A stretch of DNA of 64,000 bases from Cercozoa sp. M6MM (taxonomy: Eukaryota > Protista > Endomyxa: Ascetosporea). The DNA lies in NCBI GenBank assembly GCA_040357565.1, contig JBDODJ010000037.1; one strand, given 5' to 3'. Below, one piece after another: positions 12,401 through 24,353 of this stretch (position 1 is the stretch's first letter; every line of letters starts with the position of its first letter). Made by a program: the position numbers and the translations under genes. The notes below the pieces were generated by a model, which was given only the letters and a program-made list of their open reading frames with translations, ran no database searches and was not told where the DNA came from.

Positions 12401-15400
12401 ATTAGCGACCCCAACTTTGCCATCACCAACATTGTCGTGAAGCCGGCTGCGGTATTTTGCCTGGTGAGCCTGTGTGTTGTGTATTTCTGTGTGTTGTGCA
12501 GGCCAGCGCAGCTGCTTCGGCTCTGGATTGGAAGTTCGACAACGATGGCACGCCAATTGGCGCCAATAACATTGAGGCTGGCCGTGCGATCCGCCTGGAG
12601 GTCACGGCGCGTGACACGTACGGCAACCTCATTGTTGCACGTCAGGTGAATGTCACTGTCGACGCGCGCACCGTTGCCGGAAACGTCCAGATCCCGGCGA
12701 CGGCGGCCTTGACTGATGCCAATACCGGCACGGTCACGGTGACGCTCACGCCGACCAAGGCGTCTGCTTCGGATGGCTTGCCTGCCTTCACGGCCACGGT
12801 GACGCTCGCCGACGGTGCCAGTTCAAGTTCGCGTAGCTTCTCGTTTGTCGTGCAGCCCACGACTTTGGACTCGGCGAACAGCGTCGTGACGTTTCCGCAG
12901 ACGGTGACCGCCGGCGAAGAGCTCGTGTTCTCTGTCGAGCCGCGCGACACGTACAACAACAAGCTGTGGTCTCGCCCAGCCGAGTTCGATGGTCTCGACT
13001 TCACAACGGCCGAGTTCCCGATGTGCGCTGACATCAGCGGGCCAGTTGTCCTCGCGGCGGAGGTTCGGGACTACGCCACCACCACGCGCAAGTCGACGTT
13101 CAAATGCACTGCCAAGGTCGCTGCCGATCCGGCGAGCCCTGTCCGCACCGATGTTGTCGTGCGCGACGGTGCCTCTGTCTACGGCACTGGTCAGGTCGCT
13201 GTGTTCGCTGCCGCCACGGACCCGAAGCAGTGCGACGGCTCGCACAACATCAACGGTCAATCGTCGATCTGCGATGTCGCCTCGCTTGGACAGTACAACG
13301 CGCAGGACTTGTCGGTGACCACGCAGACGTTCACGTTCACGGACACGGACGAGTTCGACAACGTGCGCGGCTTGAACTGCAAGGATGCCGATCAGTTTAC
13401 CGCATGTGCCTCTGGAACGTCCTTCACGCTGACTCTAGCGCTGCCTGCCACCGTATCTTTATCTTTGCATTTGTTTGTACTGTGTGTTTAACCGCATCAA
13501 TTCTTTATCTGCGTGTTATGTGTGTGTGTTGACAGGGTGCGACGATTGTAAGCTCGGCGACGCAGACCGCTACGCCTGGCGACTGGCAGTTCGAAGTGGG
13601 TCAGGACAGTGGCAAGCCTCTCGAGACTGGCCTCTGGGACGTGTCACTCAGTCTTGCTGACGGTACGTCCTTCCGTCGTGCCAATGGCAGCGATCTCAAG
13701 ATGGGATTCGAGGTGTTCGCCGGTGACGTGCACGTGTCGGTCACTGGCATCACGTCAGCTGTGATCGAATCGTCGCTCGCTGGCATCATCGCGGGTGACA
13801 AGGCCTCTCTCACGGTCAAGCTTATCGACGAGTGGGGCAACCCGATCGAGGCGCCTGTCGACAAGGTCGAGTTCGAGGTCTACATGTACCTGCACAAGGA
13901 GGGTGCTTCGCCGTACCGCTGCACTGGCGACGTGCCGCCGGAGCTCGGTGCCACCAACTGGACGGCACCGGGTGCGGGTGACATCCAGTACGACGCTTTG
14001 AACAAGCGGTACAAGATCGACTTTGGCGTGCAGCTCGCCAGTGTCTTTGGTGAGCACTACGTCGAGGTGCGCGCGCGTCTCAACTGTGGCGCCAGCAGTC
14101 CGTACTGCCCGGCAGCGCTCGACGCCATGCAGCCCCTGCGTGCCGGCACGTGCTTCAGTCGCCTCCGTGTGACTGCAGGCGCAGTCGACTACGCTTCTGG
14201 CGTGTCCGTCGCTTCTGACTGGGCACTTGAGCAGATGCCGATTCTTAAGACGCAGACGCTAAAGCTCACGGTTTACGACGCTTTCGGCAACGTGTAAGTG
14301 GCCTATTGCTGCGCTTGTACTTGTGGTTTTTGTATGGTTTTTGTACCCTGTAGTGCGCGCCCGGATCCTGACTGTGGTGCGTCGTTACGTCTGGGTGAAA
14401 CAGGCTGTGGCGCCGGTCTTGATGACACTCTCTGTGACATTCATGGTGCCCGCTTGACGCAGCACTGGTGTTCCCAGGCGGCGGATTGCATCGGCTCCTA
14501 CACGCCCGACTACGACGAGTCGCTCGTGCTGTTCCACTGTGATGGCAACGAGCTCGCGCTGCAGGTGCGCGGCGTGACGCCCGTGACTGATGCTGACCGT
14601 CGCTTCACCACGCTCATCTTCAGCAACACCGGACGCACGCAGAAGGTGAACTTCCTTGGCGCTGAGCCGCGCGCGATCACGTTCGTGGCGGGTTCGATCT
14701 TCGCGCCGAAGACGGAGGTGGTGTGTCCCGACGTGGGCACGGCACGTGGCAAGTGTGTCATGGACGCCGATACGAGCTTCTTGAACACGTCGATGGCGTA
14801 CGCCGGTCGCGTTGCGCACTTTAACATGACTATGCGCGACAAGAACGAGCGCACGGTGTTCGACAAGCAGCACGTTTTCGCCCCGATGATCGGTACGCAG
14901 GACCGCGCCGCTGTCTTGTCCGACGCCGCTCGTGGCACAGCCGATATGGTGCAACTCGCGCTCGAGATGAACGAGCAGCGTCTGTCGGACGGTTCGGTGC
15001 GCACGCGCGACTCGCAGTCGACGCTGTACTTCATGCCGCTGTGGCCGGGTGTGCTGTCGATGAACTTCAAGATCACGCAAGAGGACGGCGAGCAGGAGGA
15101 GAACGATCCCAGCGAGGCACTCATGCGGCATGTCGCTGGCACGGGTCAGGGGTCGATCGCTGTGCAGCCGGAGCTGTGCACGGCCACACTCAACGCCACA
15201 AATGCTACTGTCTACGACATTGTCCCGCGCGACTATGTGCGCTGCGTCATTAGCGACAAGTGCGTTGCCGACATCGCCGAGTGTGACAATGCTGAGGATA
15301 AGTCATTTGCCAACATTGCGTCGTGCGTGCAGACCGGCTTCCCCGAATGTCCGTCTCATCCGGTATGCCACTTGTCTTGTAAAACAAATATGTGTGTTGT

Positions 15401-18400
15401 TAGACAAATATGTGTGTTAGGGCCTTTGCGTCCCGGACGGCCTGTGCCCAGAGCCGACGGGTGCTGCGGATGCTTCGCTCTCGCTCAACTGCAAGGACGT
15501 CGCAAGCCACTCGCCCACTCATGCGGCCACAAAGCTTGCTATCGACCTGCACGTCGCGTCGTACGACGACTGTCCGTCGCGTGTGATCTGCCCGGTGGGT
15601 GCCAAGCTGTGTGGCGACGGTCTCACGTGCGTCGGAAACCTCGACACGTGCCCGTTCAACGCGTTCGTCGACGTGATCAAGGCTGACATGCTCTCCAAGG
15701 GCTACAAGGCGTGTGCTGGTGGTCGTTTCGTGCTGCGCAGCGAGGACTGCCCGAGCATGGTGACGTGCGCCGTCAATGAGGTGCTGTGTGGTTCCAACAA
15801 CGAGTGCATCGAGTACGTTGACGCCCTCGCCAGTGGTCAATACAGCGCCACCGCTCTCAAGTGCCAGGAGGTACTGTGCGCGCATTGTCTTGTTAGATGT
15901 ACGTACCTGTATCTGTTTGTTATGTGTGCGTAGATGCCGCGCTACGCCAACGTGACTGACGGCATGTGCCACCTGCCGCCTTCGTCTGGTGGTGTGTCGT
16001 CGGATTGGACGCAAGGCATTGTTTGTCCCACGGGTGAGTGCCGACTCTCGTTCGACCAGTGTCCGACCCTTTCGACGTGCGCACGTGGCGAAACCAAGGT
16101 AGCCCCCCCCCCTCGTTATTGTAGTATGATTTGTGTATTTGCGCAGTGCGCCGATGGCAACTGCGTCGTTGGCGGTCTTGCGGCTTGTGAGAACAGCAAT
16201 GCGATGGCCTGTCTGCCTGGCCAGTACAAGTGCAGCAACGGCATGTGCGCCGGTAACTCGCTGCTGTGCCCGGCCGCCACGTTGTGTCCGGCCAACACGG
16301 TCAAATGCGACGACGGCTCGTGTGCGTCGTCGGTGCGCCAGTGCCCGCTTGCGAGCGAGTACGTGTGCGAGAACGGCGAGTTCCGCTGTCCGCACTCGAA
16401 CCAGTGCGTGAGCTCTCTCGCCGAGTGTGCCGTGCAGGCTTCGTGTCCGTTTGAGCGCCCTGTGCGCTGTGCCGACGGTGCGTGCCGTGCCACTGCCGCC
16501 GAGTGCGCTGCGCAGACAGGTGCGCTTTCTCCTTTTGGCTTGTGTGTGTGGCATGCGTCATACACCTATTCACCCATGTTTCTTGAAAACAGGTAGCTGC
16601 CCGGCCAAGGCGCCGCTCCGCTGCTCTGATGGCTCGTGCCGCACGTCGTTTGCTCAGTGCTCGGCTCTGCCCGCGTGTATTTTTCTGCCTTGTGTACTTG
16701 TGTGGACTGGTGTATAGCGAATTTGCATAGGCCCTGAGGACATGAGTTTCCGTTGCCCGGATGGCTCTTGCCGTCCCGACTTCAACATGTGCATGCAGGA
16801 GGCCGCTCCCGAGGAGACTGGCAGCTGCGCCGCCGACGAAGTGCGATGCGCCACCGGCCACTGCGCGAAGTCGTTGGGTCTGTGCCCGCAGGTGCCCACT
16901 TGCCCGCCTGGCCGCACGCTGTGCTACGACATGTCGTGCCGCTCGCCCGAGAACTGCGCCCGTGACAACCTGAACGAGCAGCGTCCGACGGTGCGCGACC
17001 TGCAGTACCTGCCCGTGTTGCTGAGCAAGCGCGAGTATGTCGTGTGCCCCAACGGTGTGTCTGACTCTTGGTGTTCGGCTTGACTGGCGATTGTCTACAT
17101 GTGGGATGTTATAGGCATTTCGCGTCGCAAGAAACTTGCGGACTGCCCAACTGGCATGGTGTGCCCGAAGGACCGCCCTGTGCTGTGCTTCGACAACACG
17201 TGTCGTGCATCGTTCGAGGAGTGTCCCACTCTGGATGAGGGCAAGGCCGAGTGCGAACTCGAGCCGGCCGGTGAGTCGCTCAAGTTCGCTCGCTGTCCCG
17301 ATGGCTCGTGTGCGTCGACACGCTCGTTCCGTTGCACGGAGGGCGTGACTTGTCGTCCTGACGAGTTCCTGTGCTCTGATAACACGTGTCGCAAGTCGCC
17401 TGAGGATTGTGTGGCGCCACCGGCCTGCCCGGAGGGCACCTTCTTCTGCGCCGGTACGGGTACCTGTCTCAGTGATCGCCGTGGCTGCCAGGACGTGTAC
17501 GTGTCGGCGCCCGTCAGCGCCGAGGCGCCTGTGCGCTGCGCCAACGGAGACTCGGTCGCTTCTGTCGCTGAGTGCCCGAGCAGTGTGTCAACTGCGATCT
17601 CTGGTTCGGGTAACCCGCATTGGGGCTGCCCGCGTCCGCAGGACTTCCGCTGTCCCGATGGTACCTCCTGTCTCTCTGTGTTTGGTGTGCTGCAGAGTCG
17701 AAATTTGACTGCTGCTTAGGCTCGTGCTCGCACCTGGGTTGCGAAGGCCGCGACCGCCAGTGCAGCTCGCTGTCGGCGGAGCAGCTAGATAAGGTGGCTG
17801 CAATCTTCGAGGATGGTGGTCTGTCGGCTGATGCACAGCGTCTCGCCGTACGAAAGCTGCTTCCCGGTGTGGACGTGCCGCAATTCCCGTTCACGTGTGG
17901 CAACGGTGCGTGTGCGCCGCGTCCGTCGGAGTGTGCGCGATCCAACGGCTGTCCGTTTGACCGCCCGGTGCGTTGTGGCAATGGCGCGTGTGTTAGCGAC
18001 TCGGGCAAGTGCGCCAACCACCTTGGCGTGGACCAGTCGGACAGCAACCGCTGCGTGTGTCACAAGGAGCCGGGTGCCGAGTTGAAGATCGGCGCTGCCG
18101 ATGACATCATGGAGATCCTGAACGAGCTCGCCGACGGCGACTGCACGCAGCGTTGTGAGAACGGCATGTGCGTGCCGCCCGGCCACGCGACGCTCAAGTG
18201 CTCCGCGCTGCCGCGCTGTCCGGCCTGGCAGCCCGTGCGCTGCTGGAACGGCCTGTGCGTGGAGACGTCGGCGTTGTGCCCGCTCGCCTTTGACTCCAAC
18301 GCCGACGAGCAGTGCAAGGACCCGGCCAAGCCTGTGGCTTGCGCTGACGGTACCTGTCGCGCCAGTGGTGAGCTGTGCGGTTCGATCTCGCAGTGTCCAC

Positions 18401-21368
18401 TCAGAATCAAGGTAGGCACCTTCTGCTGTGTCGGCTTGTCACCATGAGTTATTGTGACTGTATTGGTTATGCATAGAGTGGCACCAAGGCTACCAAGACG
18501 TACCGATGCCCGGACGGCCACTGCACCGCAGATCTTTCGGATTGTGGCGTGTCTGAATACGGCACGTGCGATCCGGACTCGGTGCGCAATAAGGTGTGCC
18601 CGCCCGGCCTGCTGGTCGATACGCTGCGTAGCTGCGTGCCTGGCAGTAGCTCGTCGTGCATCCAGGTGCACGGCGGCATGTGCGTGGCCGACCTGTCCGA
18701 CTGTCTGAAGATTGAGAACTCATGTCCTCTGCGTCTGCCGGAGAAGGTATGTCATGACAGTTTTCCGTTTATGTCTGTGTGCCTGTCTGTGCGATGCATT
18801 TTGTGTAGCTTGAGAGCGGTGAATGCGCCAAGAATTCGACTTCGCCGCCCATTATCGACGTTGGTAGCGCCAACGGCTGCGACGACGGCTACGTGCGCTG
18901 TCCGTTCGGCGAGTGTGTTCCGACTGGTCAGCTCACGCAGTGCTTAGCGCCGGTACCAAGCTTCTCGGCTTCGCCTGGCGACGGCGAGACGGTGTGCGTC
19001 AACAGCGGCAACGTGACGAGCCTGGACTCCTACGGCGACGAGTGCCTCACAGTGCAGAACTGTCCGGTCGACAAGCCGTTCCTCTGCGCCGACCAGAGTG
19101 GCAACTCGGGCCAGCGCGTGTGCAAGCAGTACCCGAGTAGTGTCTCTGGTGTGCGTCTGCCCGGTGTGCTGTCGGCCATCACGAGCAGTCACGTCTGTGA
19201 CGTGGCGGTGGTGTGCGACGAGGCGCGCCCGTTCCGCTGCGCTGACGGCACGTGCGCCGTGTCGTCCGAGTTCTGCTCTGCCATGGTGTGCCCGTTCGGT
19301 ACGGTGCGTCACCCGACGACGCTTCAGTGCGTGCCGCAGAGTGAGGTGACGTTGCTCGCCACGGGCGACGAGATGCCGGTGTGCCCGCCCGGTGCGCCTG
19401 TCATGTGCAGCAACGGTCTCTGTGTCAGCGACGGTCTCGAATGCCCGGTAAATGCCGTTTGTTCTCCCTGTTACACACGTCGTCTGTTGTTGACTCGTTG
19501 ATTTGCGTGTCGCACGCAGTCGGAGCAGCAGCTCGCTCGCCTGCGCGGTGGTTTGACATGCGCGGCCGATCAAGTGCGCTGTGTCGACGGCTACTGCGCC
19601 AATAACAACGCCGAGTGCGTGAGTCGCACTGATCGCGGCATTCGCAAGAATCGCTCGTCGCCGGAGGTAACCTTGGTCTTCGTGTGTCTGTCTGTGACGT
19701 GTGTCTGTGATTCATTACTGTACCGACTGCGACTGGTGTATGTGCTTGCAGGCAACGGCCCGTGCTGGCTTCTGCCCGTACATCTGCAGCGACGGCATGT
19801 GCGTCGAGCACTCGTCGCTCTGTCCGATGACGGAGGCGTGCCCGGCTTCGCGTCCGCTGCGCTGTCCCGACGGCGCGTGCGTCGCCGTTGATTCCTTGAC
19901 GGGCAACTCCGACGTGAGCAGTCTCATCAGCTCCCTGTGTGCCAACAATCAGCCGACCGACTCGTGCTCGGGTGCCTTCCTCTGTGTGTGTGACTTGTGT
20001 GACTTGTGTGATGCCACTGTCGTCATGTAGGTGATGAGGTGCGCTGTGCCCATGACGGCGTGTGCCGCACGGTGGCCGAGTGCAAGGAGATTGGCTCGTT
20101 CGGCTGCTCAGGCAGCACGGCGCTGCAGTGCCCGGACGGCACGTGCGCTGCCAACACGGAGGAGTGCTTCGTGGGCGGTGCCCTGAAGTCGCGCGAGCGC
20201 TGGCTGCGCTACGAGAAGTCCGAGTCGGTGACGGTGTCGCTGCCGGTGTCAGCCGACGCCTCCTTTAGCGCCGCCGAGCGCGACGGCGAGTCGGTGCTCC
20301 GCATCGCGGCCGTGAGCGGCTCGCTGCAGCAGCAGGACGGCTCGGTGTCGCAGGCGCAGTTCTTCGTGCGCCCGGTGCCGACGTCGGATCTGAAGCCGTA
20401 CTACTCGCTGGTGCACTTCTCGCGCCGCGTGGACCTCGGCGACGTCACGACGCTCGAGCAGAAGGTGGACGCGATCGAGCTGCCGTTTGACCGCTCGGTG
20501 ATGTCGGTGCCGTTCCAGTGCTTTGTCGAGGGCAGCACGGTGCAGCCCTTCGCTGTGCCGCTGACTGTGCGCGCCGTGATCGACCGTGACATTGTTGCGT
20601 CGCAGGTGTGTTGTCTCGTGACTGCACTGACGACATGTTGGTGTATGTGTCGGTGTTGTTGCTGCAGGGTGTTCTTAAGTACTCGGATGAGCTCGTTCAT
20701 GACGAGGATGTGTGTCTGGCTCGACTGGACGAGGCTCGTGGCACGTGGGTGTGCGAGTCCTTCGGCGTCGCCAAGGTCACGGGCGACACAGTGGAGTCGC
20801 AGCTCTCGACGTGCCGCGGTGAGCAGGGCGCCGTCTTTGCCTTTGTGTTCGCTCCCAAGCCGATCGACGTTGAGCTCGATCTGGGCAGCAACTGGTGGGG
20901 TGACAACTGGGGCTGGTTCCTCATGATCATTCTGATCCCGGTGCTCGTCCTCGGCGTGCTGGGCTACTGCATCTTCCGCTGCAGTCGCTACCGCGGCAAG
21001 TACCACCGCGAGCGTGATGAGGTCGAGGACGCCAACGCGCAACTTGACGAGATCGTCGAAGGTGACGAAGAAGGCATCGCTCACTTTGGTCAGCTCGGTC
21101 CCGGCACACACGTGCAGTCGAACCCGCTGGCGGCAGCGCAGCTTGACCCGCGCGAGGCTGAACTTGAAGAGGAGCGTAAGCGCATGAAGGGTATTGCTAC
21201 CTGTGCGTCTGTGTTTGTGTCAAACATACCTTGACACGTGTAGATGAGCTTGAGCGTCAACGACAAGAGACGCGATTGGCGCAGCAAGACATCGAGCTCG
21301 CCGACGACAGCATGTTCGAGCACCGTGTTGAGCTAGGCGGCGCGCAGATGGACCGTCGAAACGTCTAG
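6498..21368 (+). CDS. Giant type I transmembrane cell-surface protein (~4,300 aa, ~30 introns): signal peptide, fibro-slime/PA14-like domain, L-type lectin, filamin/Ig-like repeats, Cys-rich repeats, ZU5/GAIN-like domain, TM helix, cytoplasmic tail
   Basis: MWRRFVLGLAALSG signal peptide at 6498. Consecutive long + ORFs are joined by GT-AG introns (e.g. 6538-6596 and 21191-21243, phase checked). TM helix WGWFLMIILIPVLVLGVLGYCIF at ~20908-20976. Stop TAG at 21366-21368. Strong GC3 codon bias throughout. Confidence 0.9.
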
Positions 21369-21554
21369 ACGAGACCCTACTGCGGACGGACAAACACTCG
21401 CTACTAGGATGCACATGAGGTCTCGCTTCTGAGCTATTGTATTTGCCACAAATAATACTATATCGAATTGAATTCATTCACCGATGATTTAAAAAAACGA
21501 TCCTGGTGCAGGGAAACTACATGGTTGGTTTCCTAGAAGACTCGACTGACTAAC

Positions 21555-23193
21555 TTAACCAAAAAAACGATCAGCGTACGTCGGTAGAAATCGAATTAAT
21601 GATGCACTTGTGCGTGGCCGGACGTAGCTTAGTGGCAAGAGACGAGAAGAAATCACCAAACGGCGAGCAGGTCGTGAAGCATACTGCCTATCCGTGCGAA
21701 CGTGACGGCTTGAATTTCGTTGGACTCGTTGGACTGCGCAGACCAAAACAGGACACTTTGAGTGAGAACTGGAGGGAGTAGCAGCGAGTACGGCAGCGCG
21801 TCGACGATCGTCGCCACTGATTGGTGTGTCCGAGGGAATACTCGGAGGATCCGATGGCCTATGCACGCACGCCATACAGTGTACGCACAAATGTGAACAT
21901 GCATAGACAGCATACGACGAAGGCGAGGACGTTGACTTGTTGTCTGTCATCAACATGCCCATGACGCCTCGTGCAATCACACCTGTGCGCGTGCGCGTTG
22001 CTAAGACATGCTTAAATTTGCGGACGGAGTTGGACAGATACCAAGAAGAATGCCGATTTTCTGTTTTCGTGGCACCGAAGGTGCCCACACCCAGATTCTG
22101 CACAAGCGTGAGCATTCAGAAACAGTGGATGCAACAGTTACAAAGAAAAAGTGTGTGCTTGGTACAGTCCGAAAATGCCAAGGGCAAAACCGATCGCGAA
22201 CCCGCACTGCTCACACATAGAGAAGACCATGAGGCGGCACAAATGAGAAAGGTTGCATATCAGTACAGCAACGAGCGCCGCTGATGAAGGTTCGTGCTCT
22301 GGCGAGGCCGTCAGCACTGTCTGCGCACACGACAAGCACTCACCCATAATAAAGCAGTACACCCAAGTGCGAAAAAAGAAAGCACCTGTGCCTCCATATC
22401 AAGTTGCGCCGCAAGTCGACGAGCCACTTGCTCGTCTTGATCCGTTTCATCATCGTCGGCCTACACTCAGCAACAAAGCGATGCAGGCACATCGAGAAGT
22501 CATCCAACGCAGGGCAGGTAATACCGGCTGTGGCTGCGTTGGTTCCTGCTGCTGCTGCTGCTGGAGCGAGCCAGGGGCGCCCACGGAGGCGTGCAGTGTC
22601 ACGCTCATCTTGTTTGTGATGTTAACATTCTCGTCGTTACTAGTGCTACTGATGCACATATCACGCAGGACGTCGCTGTCCGGGAGTACGCGACCTTGTC
22701 TGTATTTGTACAGAGAATTTGTACGTCTCTTTGCAAGAGCAAGCCAGACTATACCGAATGAGTCGTACGCGGCGTCGCTGCGACAGTTCTGCCGCAAAGA
22801 AATGCTCGCGAACTTCTGCCACCTGCGAACAGGAAGAAACACTATTCGTCCACACACGAGTACACGCAACGGTGAGCACAACTTGCCGAGGCAGAGGCCG
22901 GGAACTTGGCGCTCATTTCATCGTGCTGTGGCCTCAGAACGCGTACCTCTACTTCGGCTGCTTGGAATTAAAAACATTGAACCCAAAAATCGAGTGTACG
23001 CGATGAAAAAGCGGGACACGGGACAGTATTTACATGGTTGCTGTGTTAATTCAACATCGCGATCCTCAATCTCGACAATTCGCTCATAGCGAGCGGTCTG
23101 GCCCATTTGGCGAGTCACACGCACTGCAGGCACGCGCGAGCGCACACTTGATGGCAGCAGAACTCTTCCTTTGTCAATCGACTCTGGACGCAT
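21555..23193 (-). CDS. Ubiquitin-like domain plus C-terminal membrane hairpin protein (Dsc3/DUF2407/TMUB-like); 3' end approximate
   Basis: Spliced VAEVREHFFAAELSQRRRVRLIR|QGRVLPDSDVLRDM...VTLHASV matches the UBL RLIxxGRxL pattern. The C-terminal GFAIGFALGIFGL-IWVWAPSVPRKQKIGILLG resembles the Dsc3 C-terminal TM motif. Confidence 0.55.
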
Positions 23194-23338
23194 TTATTTT
23201 TGGCAGCCCCAGGGAAGTTTGATGTTGTCCGAACGTTTCGTTTCCCTGCGAGCAGCTAAAATACAAAAAAATTTGATCTAACAATGAACTTTGCTCGTGG
23301 AAAAGGCAGCTGAGAGTCCCTCGGTACGACAAAGGATA

Positions 23339-24077
23339 ATGTCAGTGCCCAACGTGCCCGACACCTCGAAAGCCAGCACTGGTGAGACCAGCGAGCAGGT
23401 TCCAGAAATAATAATAGAAGAGAAGATAAGACAGAGTGCTGCCCTCTTAAAAATCAAGGTAAAAAGAAACACAGGTTAAGAATGTTGTTCCTTAAATCTA
23501 GGCAGAACACCATCGCAAAGTTTGACCCGGAGCAATCCGGGATCGTCCCCGCGAGTGATGTGGGGAGCTTTCTCCGCTGCCTTGGGATGAACCCATCAAA
23601 GGTTGATATACGTCATGAGGTACTGCCTTCGCTTCGTGAGTCAAGTGCTTCGACGCTCATTGAAACCGAGAGACTTGCCACGGAGGCTTTGGGCTTGCTC
23701 GAGCAAGAACGGTTCCAGCTTACTCCCCCCGAGGGTTTGATAGACGCGTTTCGAATTATCGACCAAGACGATTTAGGGTACATCCCCGAAAAACAGGTAC
23801 CTTTACTCGTAGCTAGCTCACTATGCTTTTCTGGTACACACTGTCAAGCAAGTTTACTGCGTTGGCATTCAGCTGGTCAAGCTGCTGTGCGCAGGCGAGG
23901 ATGGATTCGATGACGATGAAGTTATCGAATTCCTCGCTGCCGCGTATCTTATCTTGTTCTATCGATATTCACGTGCATTTGTAAAGTGAAGGCAGGCGCA
24001 GCAATGACGGCAACATCTACTACAAAGAATACGTGAGCGACTGCTTCCCTCGCCACCGTTTTTGCAACGGCAGTTGA
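23339..24077 (+). CDS. EFCAB2: Dynein regulatory complex subunit 8 (EF-hand, calmodulin-like)
   Basis: LKIK|NTIAKFDPEQSGIVPASDVGSFLRCLGMNPS...PEGLIDAFRIIDQDDLGYI...FDDDEVIEFLAAA...GNIYYKEY aligns with the EFCAB2/DRC8 pattern (IGTIIRSLGCCPT, PEDVLLRAFEVLD, FSQEEMEEMLSAA, INYKDY). Confidence 0.75.
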
Positions 24078-24353
24078 CGACGGCAAAACTTGGGGGGGGG
24101 GATTCATAGTCCGCAATACCGGTAAACATGCCAGTTCGTAGCTTCCAGTTAGTACAACTGGGGAACCCACCCCTTTCGGGCGGCCCAATTTTTGAGCCGA
24201 AAACCTTGATCCAAAAAAGATATTGTGTTTGGTCAGCACAACTAAGTTAGCAGGTTTGATTTGTAGAGGCGTTGTGCCTAAGTTACTGTGAGTTGCGGAG
24301 CGTTAAAATAAGCGCGATCGGCCTGGTGTGCGTTAAAAATATCTTGATTCTTC

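Noticed and set aside
6574-21111. Long antisense ORFs over the giant gene (e.g. 15400-16554)
   Set aside because: Expected shadow ORFs from high GC3 codon bias; they carry no motifs of their own.
6498-21368. Alternative genetic code or stop-codon readthrough
   Set aside because: The in-frame stops I checked fall inside GT-AG introns, and TAA, TAG and TGA all terminate genes in this window.
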